Origin: a virus
Taxonomy: Duplodnaviria; Caudoviricetes
DNA length: 64,000 nucleotides
Reading direction: 5' to 3' (one strand)
IMG/VR virus record: IMGVR_UViG_3300032092_000001
The translations under genes were made by a program, and so were the position numbers. The notes beneath the pieces are model-generated. The model searched no databases and had not been told where the DNA came from. It saw only the letters and a list, made by a program, of their open reading frames with translations. Shown piece after piece: positions 18,126 to 27,660 of this stretch (position 1 is its first letter; the number at the start of each line of letters is the position of its first letter).

Positions 18126-18725
18126 ATGGTAACAGATAAGATAAAACAATACATATTCAAACGTCTATACAAAGAGTTAGGTAATGCGGAAATAATTCCA
18201 TACAATAATTCCATATGGTTTATTGATAGAAATGAAAGGTATTGGTATTTTGAACTTGAAAATAACGGAAATCTTTATTGGAGATATAATTATTTTACAA
18301 ATTTTTTCTCTTGGTTCTCTTTGGAACCTAATCAGTTTGAACCAATTATATCTGAATGGGTGGAAGAGGTATTAAATCATAAGGTATCCACAACAGGAAA
18401 CCAAGGCCATGATAGCGGATTCTGGGTGGAAGATGTATTAAATCATAAGGTATCTACAACCGTCCCCTACTTGACCATTGACAATGTCCAGGTGGAAAAG
18501 GTATTAAATCATAAGGTATCTACAACATGGTCAGGTCACTCAACCCAACCAAATATGGTGGAACAGGTCTTAAATCATAAGGTATCAACAACTATTCCTG
18601 TGAATTTGGGAATGGGTCAGCGGGTGAAATATGTCTTAAATCGTAAGGTAGAAACAACAAAAAGCTTTGGAGCTCCCAAGCACTTTCAGGTGGATAAGGT
18701 ATTAAATGAAAACCCCACTGAGTAG
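18126..18725 (+). CDS. protein with C-terminal 22-aa repeats (12 constant + 10 unique residues)
   Basis: Start revised: TATCTTTG at 18114-18121, ATG 4 nt later; VExVLNHKVSTT units. Confidence 0.75.
   Translation: MVTDKIKQYIFKRLYKELGNAEIIPYNNSIWFIDRNERYWYFELENNGNLYWRYNYFTNFFSWFSLEPNQFEPIISEWVEEVLNHKVSTTGNQGHDSGFWVEDVLNHKVSTTVPYLTIDNVQVEKVLNHKVSTTWSGHSTQPNMVEQVLNHKVSTTIPVNLGMGQRVKYVLNRKVETTKSFGAPKHFQVDKVLNENPTE
18359..18707 (+). repeat. in-frame CRISPR-like array: 36-nt repeat, five 30-nt unique spacers
   Basis: Repeats start at 18359, 18425, 18491, 18557, 18623, 18689 (exact 66-nt period); consensus GGTGGAAnAnGTATTAAATCATAAGGTATCnACAAC; no cas genes in the window, so not typed as CRISPR. Confidence 0.85.
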
Positions 18726-18742
18726 CGAATTCAATGGGGTTA
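18711..18742 (+). terminator. hairpin terminator
   Basis: AACCCCA...TGGGGTT at the end of the repeat gene. Confidence 0.55.
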
Positions 18743-18801
18743 ATGTAGCCTAAACTACAGCGGTCCTAAGCCCGTTTCTTTAATGTTTTTATAGGTCCAT
18801 A

Positions 18802-19215
18802 TTAATTACTCTTCCCTGTTCCTTTATGTATTAATCTTAAACAATCAGGTGATATGTTATCAAATGTAACTATATGGTGTTTGTAGTCACCACCCTCAAA
18901 ATGTCTATCTTTATACCAAGTAACACCCGCACATTCTGTATTAATTACCCATATATCATCGTCGTAAGTTGAATCAAACATTTGTTTCTTATCAAATGAA
19001 TCTGTCGCAAATATAGATGGTTTACATTCCACATCACCTCCCACATGTTGTTGGTAACAATCCCCCACATACGTTTGTAAACCTGTAAGTTCTATGTTCT
19101 CTCTCCATATAGGGTTTGATTTGTGAACTACAAATTTACCAGGTGTATATTCATCTCCTGATGGAGAATATATTTCTTCCCTTAATATTCTTCTTATTGT
19201 TTCTTGTAGGTTCAT
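18802..19215 (-). CDS. leader-bearing Tpt1/KptA-like (ADP-ribosyltransferase fold) protein
   Basis: VHKS..RENI..TGL, IFAT, DIWVINT, NISPDCL pattern; start revised to MNLQETIRRILREE. Confidence 0.5.
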   Translation of the reverse strand: MNLQETIRRILREEIYSPSGDEYTPGKFVVHKSNPIWRENIELTGLQTYVGDCYQQHVGGDVECKPSIFATDSFDKKQMFDSTYDDDIWVINTECAGVTWYKDRHFEGGDYKHHIVTFDNISPDCLRLIHKGTGKSN

Positions 19216-19216
19216 A

Positions 19217-19744
19217 TTACATACTTTTTTTAATCCTGTCTCCAACTTTTTGAAAGAACTCTAATAAATTTTCTTCAAGTTCTTCATTAAATTCTACATA
19301 GTCATCACCATCGTGTAAGTCAAATGAATGAACGTTATAGTCCTCATCAGTATACATTGTTACATAATATTCTTCACCATCAATAAAGAATTCACCAATA
19401 TGTTTATATTCAACTGGGTCTTCGTCCCACTCTTGGGTTTCGTTATAAATGAATTTTACATCATAATCATCAACAATATCATTAAATTCGTAACCTGAAT
19501 CAATACTCACAATATCTTCCAATTCGTTGTCAGTAATATCTTGTGATTTATTATGTAAATATTTTTTTTCGGCCTTGGTTAATGACTCCATTCCGAATTG
19601 ATTAATTTTATCTAAAATACGATTGGTTAATTCATCATTTTCATTGATGACCCCCATCATTGATTTTATTCTTGATATTTGTTCTTGTAGTTTCATATTA
19701 GTCTCCTCTTTAAGTATTCTTCTTATGTGTTCTTGTAGGTCCAT
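19217..19744 (-). CDS. acidic protein with two stacked leaders
   Basis: MDLQEHIRRILKEE followed by MKLQEQISRIKSMM; TATTTATA at 19756-19763. Confidence 0.7.
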   Translation of the reverse strand: MDLQEHIRRILKEETNMKLQEQISRIKSMMGVINENDELTNRILDKINQFGMESLTKAEKKYLHNKSQDITDNELEDIVSIDSGYEFNDIVDDYDVKFIYNETQEWDEDPVEYKHIGEFFIDGEEYYVTMYTDEDYNVHSFDLHDGDDYVEFNEELEENLLEFFQKVGDRIKKSM

Positions 19745-19745
19745 A

Positions 19746-20618
19746 TTATTCGGAATATAAATAAAAAAAGAATTTAAATGGGAAATAACTTGTGATAGTT
19801 GAACCAATTTCTTTAATAAAGTTTTGTTTTACCTTATTAAAATTTTTGGGGTTATCTATTGCGAATTGTCTATCATAAAATATATGAACGTTATAACCTC
19901 CAATCCTTTCATCATATTCAAACTCAACACGTTTAACTGCCGGTATTTCAAGTGTGTTAATTAAACGTGCAGCTTTCTTTTCAAAATATTCTCTTTTACT
20001 TTCAGTTTCTTCCCTTAATACTCTAACAATACTTTCTCTCATAGGACTGTAACCCATATTGTCATCTAACCTATCATCCATATCTTGTCGTAGTTTAGGT
20101 AAAAAATTATCCATTATAATTTCATATACACTTGGTAAATAAACTTTTTCATACCAACTAAGTAAATCATCCACATTACTAAAACCCTCAACTTCGTCAA
20201 GTTGTTCGTAGTAATCTCCACCTCCTTCAATCTCAGCAATAAGGGTATCATTAGAGGTATCAACCAACGAATACCAATCAGTTTCAACAGGAGTCCACGT
20301 CATACCATCCCAAAAAGGAGTCGCCATTACCCATACTGTTTCAACCATATTAGGTAAGAAGTGTTCCCCATAAAATTTACCTTCCCAATAAACAACACCA
20401 TCAGAACTTGTTGAAATCTTAAATTCTTTATATTCTGTCGGTAAATTTCCGTTATTAATATTTTCAATTATTATTTCATTAGCCAACCCAATATTAGATT
20501 CAATTCTCATCCCAACCATTTTCACAAGTTTGGTTAATGGAATACCCAAAGCTTCTTTGGTTTTCCAAAGACCTAACTCATCAATTAACTTTAATATTTT
20601 ATCTCTTCCTTTAGTCAT
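19746..20618 (-). CDS. two-module protein with an internal leader
   Basis: Internal MRESIVRVLREE. Confidence 0.75.
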   Translation of the reverse strand: MTKGRDKILKLIDELGLWKTKEALGIPLTKLVKMVGMRIESNIGLANEIIIENINNGNLPTEYKEFKISTSSDGVVYWEGKFYGEHFLPNMVETVWVMATPFWDGMTWTPVETDWYSLVDTSNDTLIAEIEGGGDYYEQLDEVEGFSNVDDLLSWYEKVYLPSVYEIIMDNFLPKLRQDMDDRLDDNMGYSPMRESIVRVLREETESKREYFEKKAARLINTLEIPAVKRVEFEYDERIGGYNVHIFYDRQFAIDNPKNFNKVKQNFIKEIGSTITSYFPFKFFFYLYSE

Positions 20619-21687
20619 TATTACTTAATCTTTTTATTTCAGCATTACGAAGTTTCTTTAAATACATATCTTCAATATACCCAGGTTCATTACCTTCATA
20701 TCTTAATAAATCATTTCTTTTAAACAAAGTTCCTTTCATAATAAACTCAATCATCTCATCTTGAGTAACTCCTTCAGGTATTTCAGTAACTGGTGGGACA
20801 CATACATCAACTCTGTCTGTAAATGATAATTCATCAATAGATATATCATCCCTACCCATTTCATTTATTACATTATCAAAAAAATTATCTTCAAACCATT
20901 CTTCAATTAAGTAAATAAGATAATTTTTTCTAATAGGTATATAGTTTAATATATCATTAACAAACTCTTTGGGTATAGATAAAAATGACTCCATGAATTT
21001 TCTTTCAGATGTTGGTCTTCGGTCATCAGTTTCTTCAAAAAACAATGCTAAATTCATCATTTTTTTACCATTTTTACAAAACTCAATATCGTGTCTTGTT
21101 TTATAACTTTCAGTGTGATACATATTCATATCTGAAAAAATCTTATTCAACCTATCTAATATAAGTTTTTCAGTTTTCTCATTTGGTTTCAAGAATTTCC
21201 TACTTACTTCTTCTTGTAATACTTGTCTAATATGTTCTTTCAAAAAATTATTCTCATTCATATCTTCTTTCTTTTTTGTTTCAACTGGTTTGACTTTGAA
21301 CCAACTAAATGATAAATATTTTGGGTATTTACCTCCGTGTATTGAATTGAATACCGATAATAGTATTTCTTTAAGTGTGTCAAGCCAACCGTCATTTATA
21401 CCAACCAAATCTCCAAAAGTGTATTCATCATAATCAGTTCCAAATTCAGGTACTGGTGAGTAATCATTGTATTTTCTCCATTGTTCACCTATCCAATCAG
21501 CATCAACATAAATGTCACCATCCATATACAAATAATTCATGTTGTCATTTAATCCAGCACGAAATATTTCAATACCTTCAAACCACCAAGGGAAATTTTG
21601 GGATAGTTTCTTATTCAATACTTTATTGAATATTTTTAATTGTGGTTCGGTTAAATTAAGTGACTCTTTCATTGTATAATTCTTCAA
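20611..21687 (-). CDS. two-module protein with an internal leader
   Basis: N-terminal LTEPQL and internal LKEHIRQVLQEE. Confidence 0.75.
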   Translation of the reverse strand: MKNYTMKESLNLTEPQLKIFNKVLNKKLSQNFPWWFEGIEIFRAGLNDNMNYLYMDGDIYVDADWIGEQWRKYNDYSPVPEFGTDYDEYTFGDLVGINDGWLDTLKEILLSVFNSIHGGKYPKYLSFSWFKVKPVETKKKEDMNENNFLKEHIRQVLQEEVSRKFLKPNEKTEKLILDRLNKIFSDMNMYHTESYKTRHDIEFCKNGKKMMNLALFFEETDDRRPTSERKFMESFLSIPKEFVNDILNYIPIRKNYLIYLIEEWFEDNFFDNVINEMGRDDISIDELSFTDRVDVCVPPVTEIPEGVTQDEMIEFIMKGTLFKRNDLLRYEGNEPGYIEDMYLKKLRNAEIKRLSNND

Positions 21688-22901
21688 TCTTCTTTATGTA
21701 TACCTTTATAATATACATCATATAATACTATTTCATATAAATTATTAAATATGTATTCAGGTAATTCCGAGTAGGCCAAGTTTATAAGTCCGAGATATTT
21801 TCTATCATTATCAAATCTTTCTCCTGTTATACCACCCTCACCAAAATACTGAATTTCGTAATTCCTATTCCCATTGTTAGTCTTAACGCTATACATTAAA
21901 GACAACATCTTATCACCACTAACATAATCACTTAACCATTGTGATACCACATGTTCGGCAGTATCATCTAAGAATTGGTATTTAACACCTTTAGGTAGTG
22001 CGTCTAAATCAAACTTCCTTCCTAATTGATATGGACTTAAATTAGACATATCTAAGAAATTAAATAGTCCTTGTTTTTCAATAAGTTTTAATGCCTTACT
22101 CTCACTTTCTTGAAGAGGTTTCTTTTTCTCTTCATACCACCATTTACTTTTGTTATACGACTCAAGTGTTTCAGTATTGAAACTAATTCCAGCTTTGAAT
22201 TCAGGAAAGAATTCACGAATAACAGACCTAACATTACTCAAAGTATTATGAAATCTATCTGACTCTTCACCTGAAAACGAACCTTTCATTAAAACGGTAA
22301 CATGACATTGTGTTCCATAATCAGTATTGTAGATATTAACCTCAACGTCGTGGAAATTATCAGTAAGAATACTTTTATCAAATCTTGCTTTAACAAATGA
22401 TGCGACTATTTTTTCTAATTTACTATTACTATCCATAGAGCGAATTGACTCATCATTACTTTCACTAATAGTCGTGTCTTTAGGAGTAATTGCAAAATAA
22501 ACGTTGAAGCCGGCTATTTTAGTATTCAATCCAAGTTTTGTCTCAAGTATATCTTCTAACCTGTGTTCAAATGTATAGATATCCGCAGTTTCAAATAATT
22601 CCTTTGGTAATTTGTGATAAACTTGTATACCATAATATATATAGAAATTATTAACCTCATCATAATCACTACGACTTTCCCTGAAATACTTATTTAGTTC
22701 AGGTTTTAACTTAATGATAACTCTACCTTCCAATGCATCACCAACTACCTCAATACCATTAACTCCGTAGACCGAATCTAAATAGGGATAATCTTTAATC
22801 AGTTTTTGAGCGTCTTTTACAATAACTTTTTCAAGTCCTGTAAAGTCACCAGTCTTCACCTCTCGTGATTCGGTCAAAACTTTCCTGATTAATTCTTTCA
22901 T
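21684..22901 (-). CDS. multi-module protein (start revised to MKELIRKVLTES)
   Basis: Modules separated by ISES and LQES. Confidence 0.75.
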   Translation of the reverse strand: MKELIRKVLTESREVKTGDFTGLEKVIVKDAQKLIKDYPYLDSVYGVNGIEVVGDALEGRVIIKLKPELNKYFRESRSDYDEVNNFYIYYGIQVYHKLPKELFETADIYTFEHRLEDILETKLGLNTKIAGFNVYFAITPKDTTISESNDESIRSMDSNSKLEKIVASFVKARFDKSILTDNFHDVEVNIYNTDYGTQCHVTVLMKGSFSGEESDRFHNTLSNVRSVIREFFPEFKAGISFNTETLESYNKSKWWYEEKKKPLQESESKALKLIEKQGLFNFLDMSNLSPYQLGRKFDLDALPKGVKYQFLDDTAEHVVSQWLSDYVSGDKMLSLMYSVKTNNGNRNYEIQYFGEGGITGERFDNDRKYLGLINLAYSELPEYIFNNLYEIVLYDVYYKGIHKED

Positions 22902-22987
22902 ACTTAATAAATATATCATTTTTCATTTGATTTGGAAGTTTAAATTGTATACATTTGTAATGTAAAATCTAAATAACAATATAAACT

Positions 22988-23236
22988 ATGGCAAAAAGTT
23001 CAGCAAAAGGTCGTTACGTCTGTAAGGTAGGTTTCTATGATGTCTATGCAAAAGACAATCTAAAACCAGCAAAAGAAAGTAAAAAGAAATGGATTATTGG
23101 TGAGGTTATCTCAACCGATTACATCATTTATCACTCCAAGAAATTGGTAGAAAAAGGACTCCACACAAAAGAACAAGCAGTTAATAAAGCTAAAGAGCTT
23201 TTGGGAGTTAAGTACCGAGACGTGTACGGCCTGTAA
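22988..23236 (+). CDS. basic hypothetical protein
   Basis: 82-aa ORF followed by a terminator. Confidence 0.7.
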   Translation: MAKSSAKGRYVCKVGFYDVYAKDNLKPAKESKKKWIIGEVISTDYIIYHSKKLVEKGLHTKEQAVNKAKELLGVKYRDVYGL

Positions 23237-23248
23237 GAATAACAAAAG

Positions 23249-23275
23249 AAAACCCTCATTTAAGAGGGTTTTTTT
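23249..23275. terminator. bidirectional terminator
   Basis: AAAACCCTC-ATTTAA-GAGGGTTTTTTT between convergent genes. Confidence 0.8.
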
Positions 23276-23642
23276 ATTTAAAGTAATAATTAAATATCTT
23301 ACAATCGGGACTTAAATTCATTAAGTCAGGAAACATAATATCCCCGATATCATTATTATCAATATGTGAGATATGTAATTCAGTGAAGTATTTCGCATAC
23401 TTCTCATATGTTTTCTTACCTCCAATACACCAATCCACATCTGTAATCTCTTTGTCTCTCTCATCAACAATTACCTCTCTATTATTTAGTTTTGGTAGGT
23501 TTGTTGACGTATTATAACCAACAAGTAATCTTTGGTTTAGTGTTTGTTTCACAAAATGTGACATATCTTGTTGGGATTTCCATAACAACTCATTGTTCAC
23601 TCCGATGTATCCCAAATTATTAACCGCAATAATTGATTTCAT
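23274..23642 (-). CDS. folA: dihydrofolate reductase (compact)
   Basis: IIAVN..GYIG..NELLW...D..HF, VG..T, IGG...Y motifs. Confidence 0.85.
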   Translation of the reverse strand: MKSIIAVNNLGYIGVNNELLWKSQQDMSHFVKQTLNQRLLVGYNTSTNLPKLNNREVIVDERDKEITDVDWCIGGKKTYEKYAKYFTELHISHIDNNDIGDIMFPDLMNLSPDCKIFNYYFK

Positions 23643-24664
23643 TATATTGTCTCCGCACTTTCTGAAAAGATTATTTCCCTAACCAAAGGACAATTCTGTT
23701 TAATATTGTTTTCAAAGAATATCTTGAAGAACTCTTTATCCACAAAACTTATCATCTGTTTTTTATACTGTAACTTAAAGTCTCCAACTTTTTCAAGAAC
23801 ATCAACTTTATTTACAACCAAATGAGTCACTCCATTAATGTTTGCAGCTTTAATTAAATCATCCAGGTTAGTCCAACCAATCTGTCTTGGTCTTCCTGTG
23901 GTTGACCCATATTCATTACCAACTTCTCTAATCATCTCAAATGTTCTACTTGGTTCCTCAAATTGCTTGGCTCCAACATACGTGTTATATGCTTTACATA
24001 CACCATAAACCTTTCTAATCTTTTGAGGTGGAACTCCATTAAGAACAGCACTTCCAATCGTACAATGTGATGATGTAACATATGGGTAATCCCCCCAATC
24101 AATATCAAGTTCAAACCCTTGAGCACCTTCAAACAAAATCTTTACATCATTTTTACCATGGAATTCCTCATAGATATCACAGACATATTGCTCAAGTAAT
24201 TCGGCGTTCTCAACTCTCACACCTTTACGATAATACTTATCACGATAAGCCGGTCCATTACCTGTTTTAGTCGTTCCAATCTCTTGGTCTTTGGAGTCCT
24301 CGGTTGTGTGTTCAGGTCGGATAATGTGAGCTCGTTTATCAATAAACAAATTACCCATAACTTCAATTCCATTTGCCTCAAGTTGTTGTATTTCATGGAA
24401 TAAACTAATCGGATTAACCACACAACCTGGTCCAATAATTGACTTAACACCGTTTACAATTCCCGATGGAATAAAATGTGTCACCATCTTTTTACCTTTC
24501 TTGTATATGGTGTGACCAGCATTACCACCACCATTATATCTCACAACATGTGTGTATTCATTTGGGATTTGACTTAAAGTATTACATACCTTACCTTTCC
24601 CTGTGTCCCCCGCTTGGAGGTCCACAATTACATCCGCATAATTAATCATACCCAATATTAACAA
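23642..24664 (-). CDS. purA: adenylosuccinate synthetase (short form)
   Basis: GDTGKGK, GGGNAGHT, EGAQG..LD, EYGSTTGRPR, NKVDVL. Confidence 0.95.
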   Translation of the reverse strand: MLILGMINYADVIVDLQAGDTGKGKVCNTLSQIPNEYTHVVRYNGGGNAGHTIYKKGKKMVTHFIPSGIVNGVKSIIGPGCVVNPISLFHEIQQLEANGIEVMGNLFIDKRAHIIRPEHTTEDSKDQEIGTTKTGNGPAYRDKYYRKGVRVENAELLEQYVCDIYEEFHGKNDVKILFEGAQGFELDIDWGDYPYVTSSHCTIGSAVLNGVPPQKIRKVYGVCKAYNTYVGAKQFEEPSRTFEMIREVGNEYGSTTGRPRQIGWTNLDDLIKAANINGVTHLVVNKVDVLEKVGDFKLQYKKQMISFVDKEFFKIFFENNIKQNCPLVREIIFSESAETI

Positions 24665-24699
24665 TAAATTAATTAACTTTAAAGTATATTTATCATATT

Positions 24700-25377
24700 A
24701 TGGCGGATAATAAATTAGTTCAAAAACTCTATAACACACTTATTAAAAACAACAAAGTTAATATTGGTGGGTTAACCTACAAATCAGAATATGATGAGTC
24801 AAAAAACTTAATTAATATATACATTTCAAATCCAAATAACTTATCATACAATCCACATGTAGTTATTGAATTTTTTAATGACGTAATATCTTTTTTTACT
24901 GAATTTATACCACCACAATCCACTTCAGGTCCTTCAAATTTTTACTACTTAAAACAATTTTTTAAATTCTACTTTGATGAGGTTAGCATAAATGAGGTGT
25001 ATTTAAATAGAGTTGATACAAGAATAATGATGAGTTTAGTTTCAGACATAACTAACATTAGGTATGGTGATTTTGATTCTGAGGTAATATCTGAATTTAT
25101 TGACTTAACATCTGAGGGTGATGGAAACAGAATACAAATTAAAATTCAGATAACTGACTCTCACTATGACGGTGAGCCGGCGGAAACTAACAAAAGATTA
25201 TTTGATATTTTGGATGTCTTATTCAATGAAAAATCATTCTCTGATTACCTTGATAACAAATACGACGCAGCAATGGACTATATTTGGGCTAATACTTTAC
25301 TAACTAATAAAGAATATATGTATCTTGATTTAGATGTAATGTTTTACGACCCTAGCGGAAAAAGAATAAGGTATTAA
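24700..25377 (+). CDS. hypothetical protein
   Basis: 225-aa ORF with TATTTAT upstream. Confidence 0.7.
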   Translation: MADNKLVQKLYNTLIKNNKVNIGGLTYKSEYDESKNLINIYISNPNNLSYNPHVVIEFFNDVISFFTEFIPPQSTSGPSNFYYLKQFFKFYFDEVSINEVYLNRVDTRIMMSLVSDITNIRYGDFDSEVISEFIDLTSEGDGNRIQIKIQITDSHYDGEPAETNKRLFDILDVLFNEKSFSDYLDNKYDAAMDYIWANTLLTNKEYMYLDLDVMFYDPSGKRIRY

Positions 25378-25679
25378 ATTAATAATAATAAGTTCTTATT
25401 CTTAGGACGGTAATCAACATAAACTTTCATAAAATGAAGTTTCTTAGTTGAGAACACTTCGGTTAATGATTTAATTTCTTCGTATAACTCATCAATTATC
25501 TCGTATCTATAAAGATATACCTGAATTGGGAACTCCTTCATTGGGAATATTAATTTGAAGTAATCGTCATTCATGAATTCTAACGATACACAACTAACAG
25601 GTAAATTATGTTTATCAACCACATAATCTTTAATGTATTTTAAAAAGGCAATATCCTGTTTCTTTAACTCATTAATCAT
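25374..25679 (-). CDS. hypothetical protein
   Basis: 101-aa ORF. Confidence 0.6.
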   Translation of the reverse strand: MINELKKQDIAFLKYIKDYVVDKHNLPVSCVSLEFMNDDYFKLIFPMKEFPIQVYLYRYEIIDELYEEIKSLTEVFSTKKLHFMKVYVDYRPKNKNLLLLI

Positions 25680-25682
25680 TTG

Positions 25683-26114
25683 TTATTTTTCTTCCAACGA
25701 AAGAAGTCCTTTACCAAATTTATTTAGTCTATCATAATATCTTTCTTTAACATGTTGGTGAATTGGTATCGCCTTACCATCCCCGTCTATTCTAACAAAT
25801 GTTATAAATGTTTGTGTTACCGCATCTTGTTTACCAGTGTGGACGTTGTGTTTACGAACTTCAATATATAATTTAATTGACGTTGTTCCGAACTTCTCAA
25901 CTCTACCGTAGATTTTAAGTAAACTTCCAACTTTAACAGGACTCTTAAATAACAACTCGTCAATCTTGATTGTAACCATTCTTGGAGTGTCACATATCTG
26001 AGCGGCATATGAAGCAGCTGAATCATCAATCAATGACATTAAAGTCCCTCCAAAGATGTTTCCATGAACACCCTCGTCAGATTTTTTCATGATTGTTGTT
26101 GTTATAAGTTCCAT
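25683..26114 (-). CDS. acyl-CoA thioesterase (HotDog fold)
   Basis: HGNIFGGTLMSLIDDSAA, VEKFGTTS. Confidence 0.85.
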   Translation of the reverse strand: MELITTTIMKKSDEGVHGNIFGGTLMSLIDDSAASYAAQICDTPRMVTIKIDELLFKSPVKVGSLLKIYGRVEKFGTTSIKLYIEVRKHNVHTGKQDAVTQTFITFVRIDGDGKAIPIHQHVKERYYDRLNKFGKGLLSLEEK

Positions 26115-27133
26115 TACACCGTAGTCATTTTAAAATTAGTTTCCACCATGTTTACAGTACTAGATATTACTGACATGATTAAGTATGGATTACCATTTGA
26201 TGCTGGTCTTCTATCTTCAATATAACCTTTCCACCCTGAGTTAGCCGTAGTTTGTGGGACTCTGATTGATGCCCCTCTATCTGACACACCAAAACTAAAC
26301 TTATCAATTGATTGTGTCTCGTGTTGACCTGTTAATCTCATTTTATTGTCAGAACCATAGTTCTCAATATGTTTTGAATGGTTTTGCTCCATAGCAAAGA
26401 ACAACATATCAAAGTATGGTTTTCCTCCAACCTCTCTCATATATTTTGTTGAGAAATTTGTGTGTAACCCTGAACCGTTCCAATCACCTTGAAGCGGTTT
26501 TGGATGGTATTCAATTCTAACCTCATATGTCTCAGCAATTCTTTCTAAAAGATATCTACATAAAATCAATTGGTCGCAAGCATCCAATGTTCCTTTACCC
26601 ATTACTTGGAACTCCCATTGCCCAAGAGCAACTTCAGCATTAATACCAGTAACATTAAGTCCCGCAGCCAAACAAACATCCAAATGGTGTTCAACGATGT
26701 TACGACCTGAAACATTCTCAAATCCAATTCCACAATAATACTCACCTTGTCCCTTCATCAAACCTTTTTTATGTCCGAGAGGTAATTCACCATTGTAAAT
26801 AAAATACTCTTGCTCAAATCCAACCCACATATCTGAATCATCTTTAATCAATGAACGATGGTTTGTTGGGTGAGGTGTTGAATCGGGATTTAGAACTTCA
26901 CATAGGACCAAATAACCATTCTTCCTTTGTGGGTCTTTAATCATCTTAACAGGTTTCAAAAGACAATCAGAAAACTTCCCTTCAGCTTGCTTTGTTGATG
27001 ACCCATCAAAATTCCAAATTGGTAATGAATCAATTGTTAGTTCAGTTTCCGTGTTTAATACTTTGGTCTTACTTCGTAAATTCGGCTCGCTACCATATCC
27101 GTCAAGCCAAATGTATTCTAATTTGTGTATCAT
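26114..27133 (-). CDS. glnII: glutamine synthetase type II
   Basis: EYIWLDG, WNFDGSST, GFEQEY, NAEV..GQWEF, WNGSGLH, RLTG.HET, YIEDRRPASN. Confidence 0.95.
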   Translation of the reverse strand: MIHKLEYIWLDGYGSEPNLRSKTKVLNTETELTIDSLPIWNFDGSSTKQAEGKFSDCLLKPVKMIKDPQRKNGYLVLCEVLNPDSTPHPTNHRSLIKDDSDMWVGFEQEYFIYNGELPLGHKKGLMKGQGEYYCGIGFENVSGRNIVEHHLDVCLAAGLNVTGINAEVALGQWEFQVMGKGTLDACDQLILCRYLLERIAETYEVRIEYHPKPLQGDWNGSGLHTNFSTKYMREVGGKPYFDMLFFAMEQNHSKHIENYGSDNKMRLTGQHETQSIDKFSFGVSDRGASIRVPQTTANSGWKGYIEDRRPASNGNPYLIMSVISSTVNMVETNFKMTTV

Positions 27134-27136
27134 AGT

Positions 27137-27310
27137 TTAATCAATTTCATAGTTATCAACATCCAACTCGTGGTATGCCTTTTGAATGCAATCAACCCAT
27201 TCTAATTTTAAATTAGTCTGAATTTCTTTAGCCTTATCAAGAACATCATGTCCGATACCTCGTTTATGAGCTTCCCATAATAATTCTTCAACCAGTTCTT
27301 CGTTGTTCAT
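27137..27310 (-). CDS. 57-aa hypothetical protein
   Basis: Hand-translated MNNEELVEELLWEAHKRG...; fills the gap between neighbours. Confidence 0.55.
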   Translation of the reverse strand: MNNEELVEELLWEAHKRGIGHDVLDKAKEIQTNLKLEWVDCIQKAYHELDVDNYEID

Positions 27311-27312
27311 AA

Positions 27313-27633
27313 TCAATCGTTATAAAAGTCAAAGTCAGATTTATAGTTTTTCTTTTTTTTATGTTTCGGTGTTTCAGTTTCATAACGATATTCGGTAGCA
27401 ATGTTAAACGCTATCCAGTAACGAACCCATAATAAATCAACACCAAAACTATATGTGGTGGATTTAAATTTCTTTCCGTCTTTTTCCTTACTTTTAAAAA
27501 TACTACTCAAATGACGTGAGGTGAAGAACCCCAAATTACGGTAGCTGTTCGCTTGCATGGACTCGTCCGTCCATACAGATTTAACATAAGAGTTTACCTC
27601 GTGATTACCAATATCAAAACCAAAAATTTTCAT
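27313..27633 (-). CDS. hypothetical protein (start revised to MKIFGF)
   Basis: ORF. Confidence 0.6.
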   Translation of the reverse strand: MKIFGFDIGNHEVNSYVKSVWTDESMQANSYRNLGFFTSRHLSSIFKSKEKDGKKFKSTTYSFGVDLLWVRYWIAFNIATEYRYETETPKHKKKKNYKSDFDFYND

Positions 27634-27660
27634 AGTTAAATGATAACACAAGTAGTGACT

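Noticed and set aside
18359-18707. Bona fide CRISPR-Cas locus
   Set aside because: No cas gene in the window, repeats are imperfect with synonymous-type variation, and the array is an open frame; kept only as CRISPR-like
13780-18707. Diversity-generating retroelement variable regions
   Set aside because: No reverse transcriptase or template repeat seen; variation is not confined to adenines and several synonymous-site adenines in the repeat are invariant
18359-18707. TIGR-type array
   Set aside because: One 30-nt spacer per 66-nt unit rather than two short spacers per 36-nt unit; no Nop-domain gene recognised
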